Assembly: GCA_965197475.1 (NCBI GenBank)
Contig: CBDANF010000003.1
Coordinates: 2,688,001 to 2,752,000 of the forward strand
Direction: 5' to 3'
Source: Candidatus Poribacteria bacterium
GTDB lineage: Bacteria; Poribacteria; WGA-4E; WGA-3G
DNA length: 64,000 nucleotides
This document shows positions 10,543 to 20,333 of the stretch, piece after piece. The translations under genes were made by a program, and so were the position numbers. Position 1 is the stretch's first letter. Every line of letters begins with the position of its first letter. The notes beneath the pieces are model-generated. The model saw only the letters and a list, made by a program, of their open reading frames with translations, made no database searches and was not told where the DNA came from.

Positions 10543-10571
10543 TTGATTTATCTCGCGAAATCGGGTATAAT
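10543..10571 (+). promoter_or_regulatory. Sigma70-type promoter
   Basis: TTGATT-17 bp-TATAAT. Confidence 0.55.
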
Positions 10572-10603
10572 AGAGACAGTGTTATCTGAATAGGACTTAC
10601 GCG

Positions 10604-10833
10604 CAAGTCCTCTTGATAAGGGGGATTTAGGGGGTTAAAATACCGAATTCAAGTCCTCTTGATAAGGGGGATTTAGGGGGTTAAAATACCGAATTCAAGT
10701 CCTCTTGATAAGGGGGATTTAGGGGGTTAAAATACCGAATTCAAGTCCTCTTGATAAGGGGGATTTAGGGGGTTAAAATACCGAATTCAAGTCCTCTTGA
10801 TAAGGGGGATTTAGGGGGTTAAAATACCGAATT
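10604..10833. repeat. 5 x 46-bp identical tandem repeat (MITE-derived)
   Basis: CAAGTCCTCTTGATAAGGGGGATTTAGGGGGTTAAAATACCGAATT at 10604, 10650, 10696, 10742 and 10788; preceded by AGGACTTACGC; no spacers. Confidence 0.9.
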
Positions 10834-10967
10834 GAGGTAAACTTTGAAAACAAGATCACCCGCAAACGGGATTAGAAACGTTCAAAACCACCGTCAAGGA
10901 AGTTGTGCCCTTCTTCCAACTGGCACTCATCTATATTGTAGGGATATTTGAGTTAGGAGGAGAAATT

Positions 10968-11204
10968 ATGCTCCGTTATACAAGCAAGATACAACAAGCC
11001 CTTGCACAAGGCAAAGTTGAAGGCAAAGTTGAAGGCAAAGTTGAAGGCAAAGCTGAAGGCATTAACCAGGGGCGCGCTGAGATTTACCGCGCATGGTATG
11101 CTGATTGGGAAAAACGCAAGCAGGAGGCAGCTGAAAAGGGTATCCCCTTTAACGAACCGCCCCCATATAACCCCGATAATACCAACACTACCGAGAAAGA
11201 ATAG
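10968..11204 (+). CDS. Small protein with GKVE repeats, resembling an Rpn/YhgA C-terminal segment
   Basis: Strong SD AGGAGG before ATG 10968; QGKVEGKVEGKVEGKAEGINQG. Confidence 0.6.
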   Translation: MLRYTSKIQQALAQGKVEGKVEGKVEGKAEGINQGRAEIYRAWYADWEKRKQEAAEKGIPFNEPPPYNPDNTNTTEKE

Positions 11205-11256
11205 CAAAACATGGTAATCAATTGTCTGAATCTCGGAATTTAGGAGGCACAGTAAT

Positions 11257-11492
11257 GTAGGTCGGGTAGCGCGTGCGAAACCCTTATGCGTCAATTTAGT
11301 GGGCAAATCCCGGCACACATTGTCCGGCGGGGTCTCCGTGCCCCGCCATATCCCATGTATCTGAACAACGGGCGGGCACGGAGACCCGCCCCTACAAGAA
11401 GGTTATTAGTTTCGGTTTGCTAAAATGTGTCCAACTTGAAATAAATCCTTAAATTGACGCATAAGGGTTTCACGTTGTTCTACCCAACCTAC
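11257..11492. mobile_element. Nested repeat: REP pair flanking an 18-bp TIR element that holds a second REP pair
   Basis: Outer GTAGGTCGGGTAG.../...CTACCCAACCTAC; perfect IR CCCTTATGCGTCAATTTA (11281-11298)/TAAATTGACGCATAAGGG (11450-11467); inner GGGTCTCCGTGCCC/GGGCACGGAGACCC. Confidence 0.75.
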
Positions 11493-11517
11493 GAACTCCG
11501 AAAATTGCTTACCGAAC

Positions 11518-12624
11518 TCACGTTATGTTTGCCTTTAAACCGCTACCGGTAAGAATTGATACCGTTGCATCCCCTTCTTGGATAATACCTGCCGCCTTAA
11601 ACTTCTCATATCCTTTGATAACAACTGCAGAGGTCGGTTCAACGTAGAGACCTTTCTCCGCAAGCGTTTTCATTCCCGTCCTGATGTCCGTATCATCAAC
11701 AGTAGTAAACGCACCTTTTGTCCAACGGATAGCCTCCAAAATCATCTCACCTCGGACAGGTAGTTCAGCAGTAATTCCTTCGGCAAGGGTTTGTCCTGTT
11801 TGTCGCATCCTTGAGATGGTAGGTGTTTTGTCACGGTAGGCATTGTAAATCGGGCAACAGGTTGCAGGTTGAACGCCCAATAAACGGGGAATGCTATCAA
11901 TCGTCCCCGCTTCGTACAGTTCCCGAAAACCGATAAACAATCCCAAATAGATGCTTCCGAATCCGACAGGACATATCACTTGTGCTGGAACGTTTCCTCC
12001 CAACTGCTCAATAATTTCATAAGCAATCGTTTTTGTGCCTTCTAAGAAAAAAGGGTGCCAATTGTGGGAAGCGTAGCAGGTGTTTTCTGCAGCCTGTTTA
12101 ACTGCTTCTGTTGTGGCAATGCGATTTCCCGGCACCAGTTTTAGCTCAGCACCGTAAGCGGAAATCTGTCTTAATTTACCTTTTGATGTGGATTCAGGGC
12201 AGTAGATGGTGCAGCGAATTCCCGCTCTTGCACTGTAGGCAGCGATTGCTGCACCCGCATTCCCTGATGAATCCTCTACTACCTCTTTGGCTCCAAGTGC
12301 CTTGAGATGTGTGAGTAACACAGAAGCACCACGGTCTTTATATGAACCCGTTGGACAGAGGTAGTCCAGTTTCACGTAGTGTTCTGGGTTGTCCGTTAAG
12401 TCCAACGGAATGAGTGGTGTCATGCCTTCCCCAAGGGTGACAATCTCTGTGCCCGCGCGAATAAGCAATGCCTCGTGGTAACGCCAAAGTGAGATTATGG
12501 AAGTATCCCATTCATAACGGCACGAGGCATTTTTTTCAAGAGTTAACGGAGAACCACAATCACACCGATACCGCAATTCTGATATCGCGTAGATGCTATT
12601 ACATTCATTACATTGATATTGCAT
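11518..12624 (-). CDS. thrC: Threonine synthase-like PLP enzyme with N-terminal Zn ribbon
   Basis: TLGEGMTPL, PTGSYKDRG (PLP lysine), DSSGNAGAA, VEPTSA, ILTGSGLK; ATG 12624 preferred over TTG 12630. Confidence 0.8.
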   Translation of the reverse strand: MQYQCNECNSIYAISELRYRCDCGSPLTLEKNASCRYEWDTSIISLWRYHEALLIRAGTEIVTLGEGMTPLIPLDLTDNPEHYVKLDYLCPTGSYKDRGASVLLTHLKALGAKEVVEDSSGNAGAAIAAYSARAGIRCTIYCPESTSKGKLRQISAYGAELKLVPGNRIATTEAVKQAAENTCYASHNWHPFFLEGTKTIAYEIIEQLGGNVPAQVICPVGFGSIYLGLFIGFRELYEAGTIDSIPRLLGVQPATCCPIYNAYRDKTPTISRMRQTGQTLAEGITAELPVRGEMILEAIRWTKGAFTTVDDTDIRTGMKTLAEKGLYVEPTSAVVIKGYEKFKAAGIIQEGDATVSILTGSGLKANIT

Positions 12625-12676
12625 GGTCAAATTGAATCAGAAGCATTATTATTGTCCATTGAATATGACGTACCAT
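12608..12676 (-). CDS. 22-aa upstream ORF overlapping the thrC-like start
   Basis: AAGGAG SD, then MVRHIQWTIIMLLIQFDHAISM*; out of frame with and overlapping the downstream gene. Confidence 0.35.
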   Translation of the reverse strand: MVRHIQWTIIMLLIQFDHAISM

Positions 12677-12794
12677 TTTTTCTCCTTATAATTTACTATA
12701 GTTTGAATGGAAATCGGGGTTGAAAACCCCTCCTACAAAATACAAATTAACACCGAATGCCAAATCAAGAGAAATGGCGTAATAAAACTAAAAC

Positions 12795-13799
12795 CTATTC
12801 ATCCCAAGGCAGTGGAACACCAAGACGTTCACTTGCTGCGCGTGCGGATGACTGTTCCATTTCACCGTAACGGATGCCTTCACGACGATGCAGTGCTGTT
12901 CGTTCCACTTCAATTGCACCGGGTAGCAGTGCTTGATCAGTACCCGGCAACGGTTCGTAGGTTTCGCGGACATCATGCACCAACCGATCGACTTCAGCAT
13001 GGAAAAGATCGGGTGGTACAATGGATTCAATATGTATAGCGAGCACCATGCCACCATGACGTGCACCACTCCACTTTGCTGTATCCTCTGGAGGCGGTTC
13101 AGTGAATCCAGTCAACGCGCCTCCAAGCAGACACGCCACAGTCGTATAGCCGATGCTCTTAAAGAAAGCTGCGGGAATCACCGATAGCAATTCATCAAAT
13201 TCGGGACCGCGTTGGTAGTCTGCCATAATAGACGTTGCTGCATCAAGCACGACTGGTGGTTCATCACCTGAGGGGATTGCAAAACAGATAGGCGGGTTTC
13301 CGTAGTAACCAAGTTGCGGTTTCGAATCACGGTTTGCAGCATTACCATGGTTCTGATACCCCTGTACCGAAAAACCGATGCAACCCGATTCATTACATAG
13401 TCGCGCATAGTGACCCGCCGAACCGTAATGTCCGATATAACGTGCAAGTCCCATGCCGATGCCGACCGCTTTCGCTTTCGCGATCGCGTGTTCGGTAGCA
13501 CGTACCATCGGAAGATAGCCAAGCGTACCGTTTCCATCAAGCACAACGGCTGTCGGTGTTTCGTGGATAATGCGAATATCAGGGCGCGTGTTATAACTGC
13601 CATTTTCAAAGCCGCTGCAGTACCCGCTAAGCGTTCGTGTGCCGTGGCTACGGACCCCGCGCAGATCAGAATTCACGAGTAGGCGGCTGATGAGCGCGGC
13701 GTGTTCGTGTGTAATGCCCGCTTTTTTGAAGCAGGCAGTGCTGAAGTTGAGAAGTCGTTCTTCATCTACACGGATGAACTCTTCTGGCGGTCTATTCAT
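12795..13799 (-). CDS. Ldh_2 family oxidoreductase (malate/L-lactate/sulfolactate/ureidoglycolate dehydrogenase type)
   Basis: SDLRGVRSHG, LDGNGTLG, HYGSAGHYA, GNPPICFAIP, LDAATS. Confidence 0.85.
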   Translation of the reverse strand: MNRPPEEFIRVDEERLLNFSTACFKKAGITHEHAALISRLLVNSDLRGVRSHGTRTLSGYCSGFENGSYNTRPDIRIIHETPTAVVLDGNGTLGYLPMVRATEHAIAKAKAVGIGMGLARYIGHYGSAGHYARLCNESGCIGFSVQGYQNHGNAANRDSKPQLGYYGNPPICFAIPSGDEPPVVLDAATSIMADYQRGPEFDELLSVIPAAFFKSIGYTTVACLLGGALTGFTEPPPEDTAKWSGARHGGMVLAIHIESIVPPDLFHAEVDRLVHDVRETYEPLPGTDQALLPGAIEVERTALHRREGIRYGEMEQSSARAASERLGVPLPWDE

Positions 13800-13846
13800 A
13801 TTTTTCTCCTATTTCGTGTTGATACTATAGTAAAGTATAATACCAA

Positions 13847-13967
13847 CAGGATTTACGCAATGTATTCAAAAGTCCCACTGATAAGGGGGATTTAGGGGGT
13901 TAAATCACTGAAATAACGACTTTTTAACCCCCCTACCCCCTTATCAAGGGGGAATGCGTAAGTCCTG
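13847..13967. mobile_element. MITE, CAGGA(C/T)TTACGCA family, 5-bp TSD ACCAA
   Basis: CAGGATTTACGCA...TGCGTAAGTCCTG; ACCAA on both sides. Confidence 0.85.
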
Positions 13968-14151
13968 ACCAAATTAGCTTGATTCGACGTTTTCGGATAA
14001 AGTTGGCAGTGCAAGGCACGGGGACCTCACACTACAAATCAAGTTAATTGGGTATTAGGGACATGGCGAGACACAGAGACCTCGTCCTACAATTGATTTA
14101 TGAGATAAGTTGTACTATAAATGTAGTTTGCTTTGAATTAAGGGTTTAGGA

Positions 14152-15861
14152 CTATTCTTTCTGTGAGACTGTTTTTCTTTCCTGAATTAAAACAGTGCCA
14201 TTGTGACTCATGTGTGCGGTTGTAGTACCATCCGGGGAATGCAATAACCTCTTGGAACCACCTGGAATATCGGTGGGTGTTGCCGTGAGTTCCTTACCTG
14301 TTTGAACATCCCACACTCGTGTTTTCTTTTGCCAATCCCCAGTAGCAATTATTTTTTTACCATCCTCCGAAAATACCACAGTACGAACAGCACCTGGTCC
14401 TTTATATATGACTCTTTTACGTTTTCCTGTTCTGGCATTCCACAAACACACCGTCCCTTTTTCATGAGTATAACAATCTAATCCTGTAACGATTGTTATA
14501 CCATCAGGGGAATACGCCATGGAAGAAAAATCATACTCTCTATCCTGAATTACGTTAAAAATCTCATCAATCAAACCAAAATGCTTGAGTGTTGCTTTAT
14601 GTTTACCTGTTTGTGTATCTAACAAGAAAACCTTATCATAAGGCCTTGCCACAGCGATTGTTTTGCCATCAGGGGAATATGTTACTCTGGAAATTCTACC
14701 GTACCCAGTAAAAGTGTTTTTTATTTTTCCTGTTTGCGTGTCCCACAATTGCACCTTACCATCTTCACTACCGGTGACAATTGTTTTGCTGTCAGGAGAA
14801 TATGCTGCGGTATTGATATGCATATATCCTGTGAGTATGGCTTTAGATTTACCGGTGGCAGCATCCCATAACCGCAACGTTTTGTCTGCGCTTGCGGTAG
14901 CGATAGTGCTTCCATCGGGAGAATACGCGACAGATTTGACTCTCTCTGTGTGTCCAGTGAGGGTGGATTTAAGTTTCATTGTCCGTGTGTCCCACAATTG
15001 CACGTCACCGTTTCCTGTTCCGCAGACGATGGTGTTTCCATCTGGAGAATATGTCAGAGAGATTATTACTTTTTGTTTTGATATGAGCGTAGTTTTGTGA
15101 GTTCCAGTGATAGCATCCCACAATCGAATCGTCCCATCGTAACTGCTTGTAGCAATAGTCTTGCTATCTGGAGAATATGCCGCGGAGAAAACGTGTTTTG
15201 TATGTCCAGTAAGTGTGATTTTGTGTTCACCGGTTTTCCCATCCCACAAGTGTACCACGTTATCGTCCCCAGCAGCAGCGTAAGTTGTCCCATCCGAAGA
15301 AAACACAACAAAAGTGTCCCGTTTCGTATGCATTCTACTTGTGGAAATATTTTCACCCGTCTGAGCGTTCCATAAGCGGACCGTGTTATCATAATGCCAT
15401 CCACCAGTGGCAATAGTCTTTCCATCGGGAGAATACGCGATTGAATTAACACGCATTGTATGTCCTATGAGTATTGCTTTGTCTTCTCCAGTAGCGACAT
15501 CCCACACCTCCACTGCCCATATACCACGTCCAGTCGTCCGTTTAGGTTTACCCCAACTTGTACTAGCAATTGTTTTACCATCAGGGGAAAATGCAAAAAT
15601 GTAAGGACGTGTAATGTGTGAACGCTTTAACAGTTCCAATGCTTTTCCTGTCTGCGGGGCATGGAGCCAAATTCCGATAGAAGTTGAAACCGCAAGTTTG
15701 CTACCATCTGGAGAAAAGTGGATTTCACCAAGGGTGCCTTTGCCAATACGTGCTATTGCCCCTTCGGGTAAGCCAATTTGCGGGTTATCTTGTGCAACTG
15801 AGGGAAAACAACAGATTGAAATTGTGAGTAGTGTGTATATCAAAACAAAGGAAGTTTTCAT
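14152..15861 (-). CDS. Secreted WD40-repeat protein
   Basis: Signal peptide, LPEGAIARIGKG leader, repeated GHT..V.S.AYSPDG.TIA...D..VRLWD. Confidence 0.9.
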   Translation of the reverse strand: MKTSFVLIYTLLTISICCFPSVAQDNPQIGLPEGAIARIGKGTLGEIHFSPDGSKLAVSTSIGIWLHAPQTGKALELLKRSHITRPYIFAFSPDGKTIASTSWGKPKRTTGRGIWAVEVWDVATGEDKAILIGHTMRVNSIAYSPDGKTIATGGWHYDNTVRLWNAQTGENISTSRMHTKRDTFVVFSSDGTTYAAAGDDNVVHLWDGKTGEHKITLTGHTKHVFSAAYSPDSKTIATSSYDGTIRLWDAITGTHKTTLISKQKVIISLTYSPDGNTIVCGTGNGDVQLWDTRTMKLKSTLTGHTERVKSVAYSPDGSTIATASADKTLRLWDAATGKSKAILTGYMHINTAAYSPDSKTIVTGSEDGKVQLWDTQTGKIKNTFTGYGRISRVTYSPDGKTIAVARPYDKVFLLDTQTGKHKATLKHFGLIDEIFNVIQDREYDFSSMAYSPDGITIVTGLDCYTHEKGTVCLWNARTGKRKRVIYKGPGAVRTVVFSEDGKKIIATGDWQKKTRVWDVQTGKELTATPTDIPGGSKRLLHSPDGTTTAHMSHNGTVLIQERKTVSQKE

Positions 15862-16097
15862 GATGTTTATCTCCTTTTCGTAATCGTAAATAATTCATTT
15901 CCAAAAGCCCGTCGATTTGTTTTCTAACACTGTTTTGTTGAAAACTGTTTCGGTTTTCTTCCAGAAATATTAAATTTACTAAATACTCATGAAAACTTCC
16001 AAACCAGATAAATTTGATTATTTACATGCCTCACAACGAAGCGGTGAAATCGGGCAAATTGCTATAAGTTACGGCATACGGAGTAACCTACTACTTT

Positions 16098-17252
16098 CTA
16101 AGGATCAATTTGCTGGTAAAATAGCTTTTCACCGTTTTTGATTGTGAATATAACAGCACCCTTGGTTGGATGACGGTTTTCGTTATAAAGTGCGATACTC
16201 GTTGCACCAACATAATTTTCAGTAGCTGCAAGTTGCTCACGTATTGCATCTGGATCCAAGCTGCCTGCCCGTTCTATTGCTTCAAAAAGCAATTTCACTG
16301 CATCGTAACTTACAGCAACGCCTCCAGTAGGTGTAGATTCATAGATGGATTCGTAAGTGTCAACAAAAGCGCGTGCTGTCGGTTCATCTGTATCAGGCGA
16401 AAAGTGACCACTGAAGTAACTGCCTTCTACTTTAGCATTTTCATCGTCAAACACAAGTTCACTGTCCCATGAATCTGCGCCAAGAAAAATAGTCGGTTCA
16501 CCATCGGCGTTTTGCAGCGGAATAGCCCGTGCCTGTTGTGTTATATTCACAATATCTTGAGCAAAACCGGATGCAAAAAGGACATCAGGTTTCATTTCAG
16601 CTATTTGCGTTAACTGTTCCATGAAATCTGTTGTGTCTCCCTCATAAAATGCATGTTCTACCACATCTCCACCGAGTTCGTTGAAATTGGTTGCAAAAAA
16701 TTCAGATATTCCTTCTGTGTAGAGGTCGCCGCTTCGTGTCAAAATTGCAGCGGTTGAGATACCGAGTTCCATTTTCGCAAATTGTGCCATGACAGCTCCT
16801 TGGAAACTATCCGTAAAAGATGCCATGAAAACAAAATCACCAGCTTGTGTAACATTTGGGTTCGTTGCAGTTGTCGTCACCATCGGTATCCTATGTTTTT
16901 GTGCTACAGGACCTACTACCGCAGCGTGAGAAGAACGATTCGGTCCAATCAGCGCGACGATTTCGTCTTCAACAATCAGTGACTCAGCAAGTTGTACAGA
17001 GACATCCAGTACCGCCTCTTTGTTAATATGACCAATCAACTCAACAGGCATGCCGAATAATCCGCCGCGCTGGTTTATTTCTGTCACAGCCAGCTCTGCC
17101 CCGTTAGGATAGGTAACACGTTGTCCGGCAACAATAAAACCGATCTTCACAGTTGGCTCTGGCGTGGGAGCAAGTACCTTTTTGACGTTATCACATCCTA
17201 TAAATGTTACGGCTAACAGACTTAAACAAAATGTTGCTAAAAATTTGTGCAT
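16098..17252 (-). CDS. Branched-chain amino-acid-type ABC substrate-binding lipoprotein (LivJ/K-like)
   Basis: Lipobox FIGC; NGAELAVTEINQRGGLFG, ATNPNVT, FTDSFQG, YDAVKLL. Confidence 0.85.
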   Translation of the reverse strand: MHKFLATFCLSLLAVTFIGCDNVKKVLAPTPEPTVKIGFIVAGQRVTYPNGAELAVTEINQRGGLFGMPVELIGHINKEAVLDVSVQLAESLIVEDEIVALIGPNRSSHAAVVGPVAQKHRIPMVTTTATNPNVTQAGDFVFMASFTDSFQGAVMAQFAKMELGISTAAILTRSGDLYTEGISEFFATNFNELGGDVVEHAFYEGDTTDFMEQLTQIAEMKPDVLFASGFAQDIVNITQQARAIPLQNADGEPTIFLGADSWDSELVFDDENAKVEGSYFSGHFSPDTDEPTARAFVDTYESIYESTPTGGVAVSYDAVKLLFEAIERAGSLDPDAIREQLAATENYVGATSIALYNENRHPTKGAVIFTIKNGEKLFYQQIDP

Positions 17253-17306
17253 ATTATAGTTCCTTTGTTACGGCATACGTAATATGCCTACTCCTCTTTT
17301 ATGTAA

Positions 17307-17428
17307 CAGGATTTACGCAACAGGTTCAAAAGTCCCTTGATAAGGGGGATTTAGTGGGTTAAAAACACCGAAATAACGACTTTTTAAATCCAATACTTCC
17401 TTTTTCTCCCCAATTTGCGTAAGTCCTG
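17307..17428. mobile_element. MITE, CAGGA(C/T)TTACGCA family, 5-bp TSD TGTAA
   Basis: CAGGATTTACGCA...TGCGTAAGTCCTG; TGTAA on both sides. Confidence 0.85.
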
Positions 17429-17628
17429 TGTAAAAAATACCTTTTCTTTGTTTCAGATTTTTGTTAAAATGAAAAAACTTATGCTGACAGCATCGCTTGC
17501 CTCGTTATCCTTAAAATCAGCAACGAGGATCGAGCTTGCCTCAAGCATGATGAACTTTATATCTATTATTATTTAATTTACAAAAATAAGCAAGTTATTT
17601 CTATATCCGTTGTATAGGTCTATAAATT

Positions 17629-18372
17629 ATGGAAACCTTAATCACAGTGATTGGGCGTGGGCACTCTGGCACACGAGCCATTTCACATACGTTGTACGCC
17701 AGTGGTGTTTATATGGGTAGTCAACTGAATCCATCTGGAGATAAGATTCCACCACATGCAATGTACGATGCATGCCGTGTGATGGCAAAATACGTCAAAT
17801 GGAAGGGCGGGTTATCGTGGAATTTCGAGCCGCTGTTTAAGATGCCGATTGACTCCGAGTTTGAGCAGCTTATCAATACCTATTTGGATGATGTGCTGCG
17901 GGACAAATCTGCGTACAAGGGTTGGAAAATACCTGAGACTACACTCATATACCCATGGATAGCGCGCATGTTTCCAGAGATACGTTTTATTCATTGGATT
18001 CGTGACCCAAGAGATTGTATTCTGGGTAGCCACAAAACAGATAATTTACGTGACTTTGGCATCGAATATCCACAAACGGATGATGTTTACGAGAGGCGTG
18101 CCATTTCTTGGCACTACCAATATCAGTTGATGAAAGCCACACCGAAATCGAAACATGTTATCCAGGTGCGTTTTGAGGACTTCGTGCTTAAACAAGAGGA
18201 GACACTCAAACGACTTGAAGCATATTTGGGCATTCCGTTAGGACGAATTGTGGTGCGTCCGGAGGCGGTTGCACGTTGGAAACGGGTTGATGAACCTCGT
18301 GAACTTCCATTTGAATTTTTGCGTGAGGCTATTGTTGAAAACGGTTATGTGTTAAAAGTATCTTCTTCATAA
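17629..18372 (+). CDS. Sulfotransferase family protein
   Basis: VIGRGHSGT (5'-PSB loop), GWKIP, IRDPRDCILG (3'-PB), VRFEDFV. Confidence 0.85.
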   Translation: METLITVIGRGHSGTRAISHTLYASGVYMGSQLNPSGDKIPPHAMYDACRVMAKYVKWKGGLSWNFEPLFKMPIDSEFEQLINTYLDDVLRDKSAYKGWKIPETTLIYPWIARMFPEIRFIHWIRDPRDCILGSHKTDNLRDFGIEYPQTDDVYERRAISWHYQYQLMKATPKSKHVIQVRFEDFVLKQEETLKRLEAYLGIPLGRIVVRPEAVARWKRVDEPRELPFEFLREAIVENGYVLKVSSS

Positions 18373-18396
18373 AATTCTGTTAAAAGAGGAACTATT

Positions 18397-19422
18397 ATGC
18401 CAAAAAATGGAATATACCAAGTTGGATTGGTTGGAACTGGTGGAATTGCCAATGCACACGGCGGCGCGTGCCAACAGGCACCGAGTGCTGAATTGGCTGC
18501 GATCTGTGATGTGTCGGAAGGCGCATTAGCAGGTTTCGGTGAGCGGTTCGGTGTGGATCCCGAAAATCGTTATCTCTCTTTAGAAGAGATGTTAGAATCT
18601 GAAGATTTGGATATTGCGGTCATCTGCACGTGGGGTGCTTATCACGCCGAAGTAGGTATAAAAATATCCGAATCCCGTCAAGTTAAAGCGATCTTGTGTG
18701 AGAAGCCTTTCACGTCAACAGCTGCAGAAGCGGAGGCATTCGTTGGTGCAGCACAAGAGAACGGTGTTCTTGTCGCAGAAGCGTTTAAGTTTCGCCACCA
18801 TCCGATGCATATCAAGGCAAAAGAACTAATTGATTCGGGGGCAATCGGTGAGTTTATGACGCTCCGCAGCACTTTCTGCACAGGCGGCGGCGGCGGTGGT
18901 CCTGAAACGCGCAAACCCGAAGCGAATTGGCGGTTTAACAAAGCAAAGGGTGGTGGTAGTATTTACGATTTGGCGTGTTACAATATCCACCATGCGCGGT
19001 TTATGTTTGGTGCTGAACCGATTCGGGTTTCAGGAGCATCTCAAGCAGGATTGGAAGTAGACGATGCTTCCTACCTACTCTTAGTATTCCCGGATGAAAA
19101 AACTGCCCAGATTTCTACCGGTTTCAATTGTGCTGGTGGTCAGTATGCCGAAATGACAGGGTTAGGTGGCATGCTTCGAATTGATGCCGCATGGAATAAT
19201 GGAGGTTCTCCTGTTAATATTGTTCTACAGAACAGGGATGGTCGTCAAGTGATTGATATTGATCCTTGTAATCAGTTTGCATTGCAGCTTGAGCACATGT
19301 GCGAATGTTTGAAAACAGGACAACCGCACCGTATCTCACCTGAAAGCTGCGTGAATCAGATGCGCGTCATTGATGCTGCTTTTGAGGCAATGGCAATAGG
19401 GCGGACAGTTGAGTTGGGATAG
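18397..19422 (+). CDS. Gfo/Idh/MocA family oxidoreductase
   Basis: VGTGGIANAH, LCEKP, GGGSIYDLACY. Confidence 0.9.
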   Translation: MPKNGIYQVGLVGTGGIANAHGGACQQAPSAELAAICDVSEGALAGFGERFGVDPENRYLSLEEMLESEDLDIAVICTWGAYHAEVGIKISESRQVKAILCEKPFTSTAAEAEAFVGAAQENGVLVAEAFKFRHHPMHIKAKELIDSGAIGEFMTLRSTFCTGGGGGGPETRKPEANWRFNKAKGGGSIYDLACYNIHHARFMFGAEPIRVSGASQAGLEVDDASYLLLVFPDEKTAQISTGFNCAGGQYAEMTGLGGMLRIDAAWNNGGSPVNIVLQNRDGRQVIDIDPCNQFALQLEHMCECLKTGQPHRISPESCVNQMRVIDAAFEAMAIGRTVELG

Positions 19423-19494
19423 TATAATGGTCTATAGGGCGGGTCTTTGTGCCCGTCCTTTCTTTATGCGTAGAGGAACATAGTAAGGATATTC

Positions 19495-20193
19495 ATGACG
19501 AATTTCGCAGAAACAAAAGCCCTCACCTTTGATCTGTTCGGTACAATTTTAGATTTAGGAGGCAGCCTTACACCGTTCATTCGTAAATCGTTAGATGCCC
19601 GAGATGTTGACAACCTGTCCGCAGATGAATTTTGGGAACAGTGGCGTTACAGACAACGGATTGAGCAGTACCAAGATACGATGATGATGCTTGGGCATAG
19701 TGGGTATCTGGAAACAGTCCGTCGGGCACTCCACTACACGCTAAGGCGGAACGGCATTGATGCGTCGCCTGATACGGTAAAAGAGTTTATGCATGGATGG
19801 CAACACCTCTCGCCCTTTCCAGAAGTTTTGTCTGCACTTGCGCGGCTCCAATTTCGGTATCAATTGGTGGTGTTGTCCAATGGGGATCCAGAATTTTTAG
19901 AATATCTCGTCACGGAACGGGTTGAATGGGATTTTGACGATGTAATTTCGGTTACATCTGTAGGTGCGTTTAAACCGCATCCTGCAGTTTATCGTGGTGC
20001 CGCAGGCAACCTGGGTCTTGAAGTCAATGCGTGTTTGATGGTATCTGCCAATTCATTTGACATCATGGGCGCGCGGGCGTGTGGGTATCAAGGTGCGTTT
20101 GTTAACCGCTACGATTTACCTTACGAGGATACACCATATCAACCCGATGTGGCAGTAAACGATTTTATGGAATTGGCAGACGCATTGCTGTGA
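19495..20193 (+). CDS. Haloacid dehalogenase type II (HAD superfamily)
   Basis: FDLFGTILD, LSNG, FKPHPAVY, SANSFDIMGA. Confidence 0.85.
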   Translation: MTNFAETKALTFDLFGTILDLGGSLTPFIRKSLDARDVDNLSADEFWEQWRYRQRIEQYQDTMMMLGHSGYLETVRRALHYTLRRNGIDASPDTVKEFMHGWQHLSPFPEVLSALARLQFRYQLVVLSNGDPEFLEYLVTERVEWDFDDVISVTSVGAFKPHPAVYRGAAGNLGLEVNACLMVSANSFDIMGARACGYQGAFVNRYDLPYEDTPYQPDVAVNDFMELADALL

Positions 20194-20333
20194 TTAATTA
20201 GACCGGGTTATGCAGGTTTACCTTTATTACTTATAGTTTGTATCAAATGCCCCCATGAGTTATACTATTAGTATTCGTTAAACTAACGGGTAGATGTATT
20301 TGCATCGCCGACACTTTCTTCATGGAGGTCAAT

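Noticed and set aside
10604-10833. CRISPR array
   Set aside because: Five contiguous identical 46-mers with no spacers.
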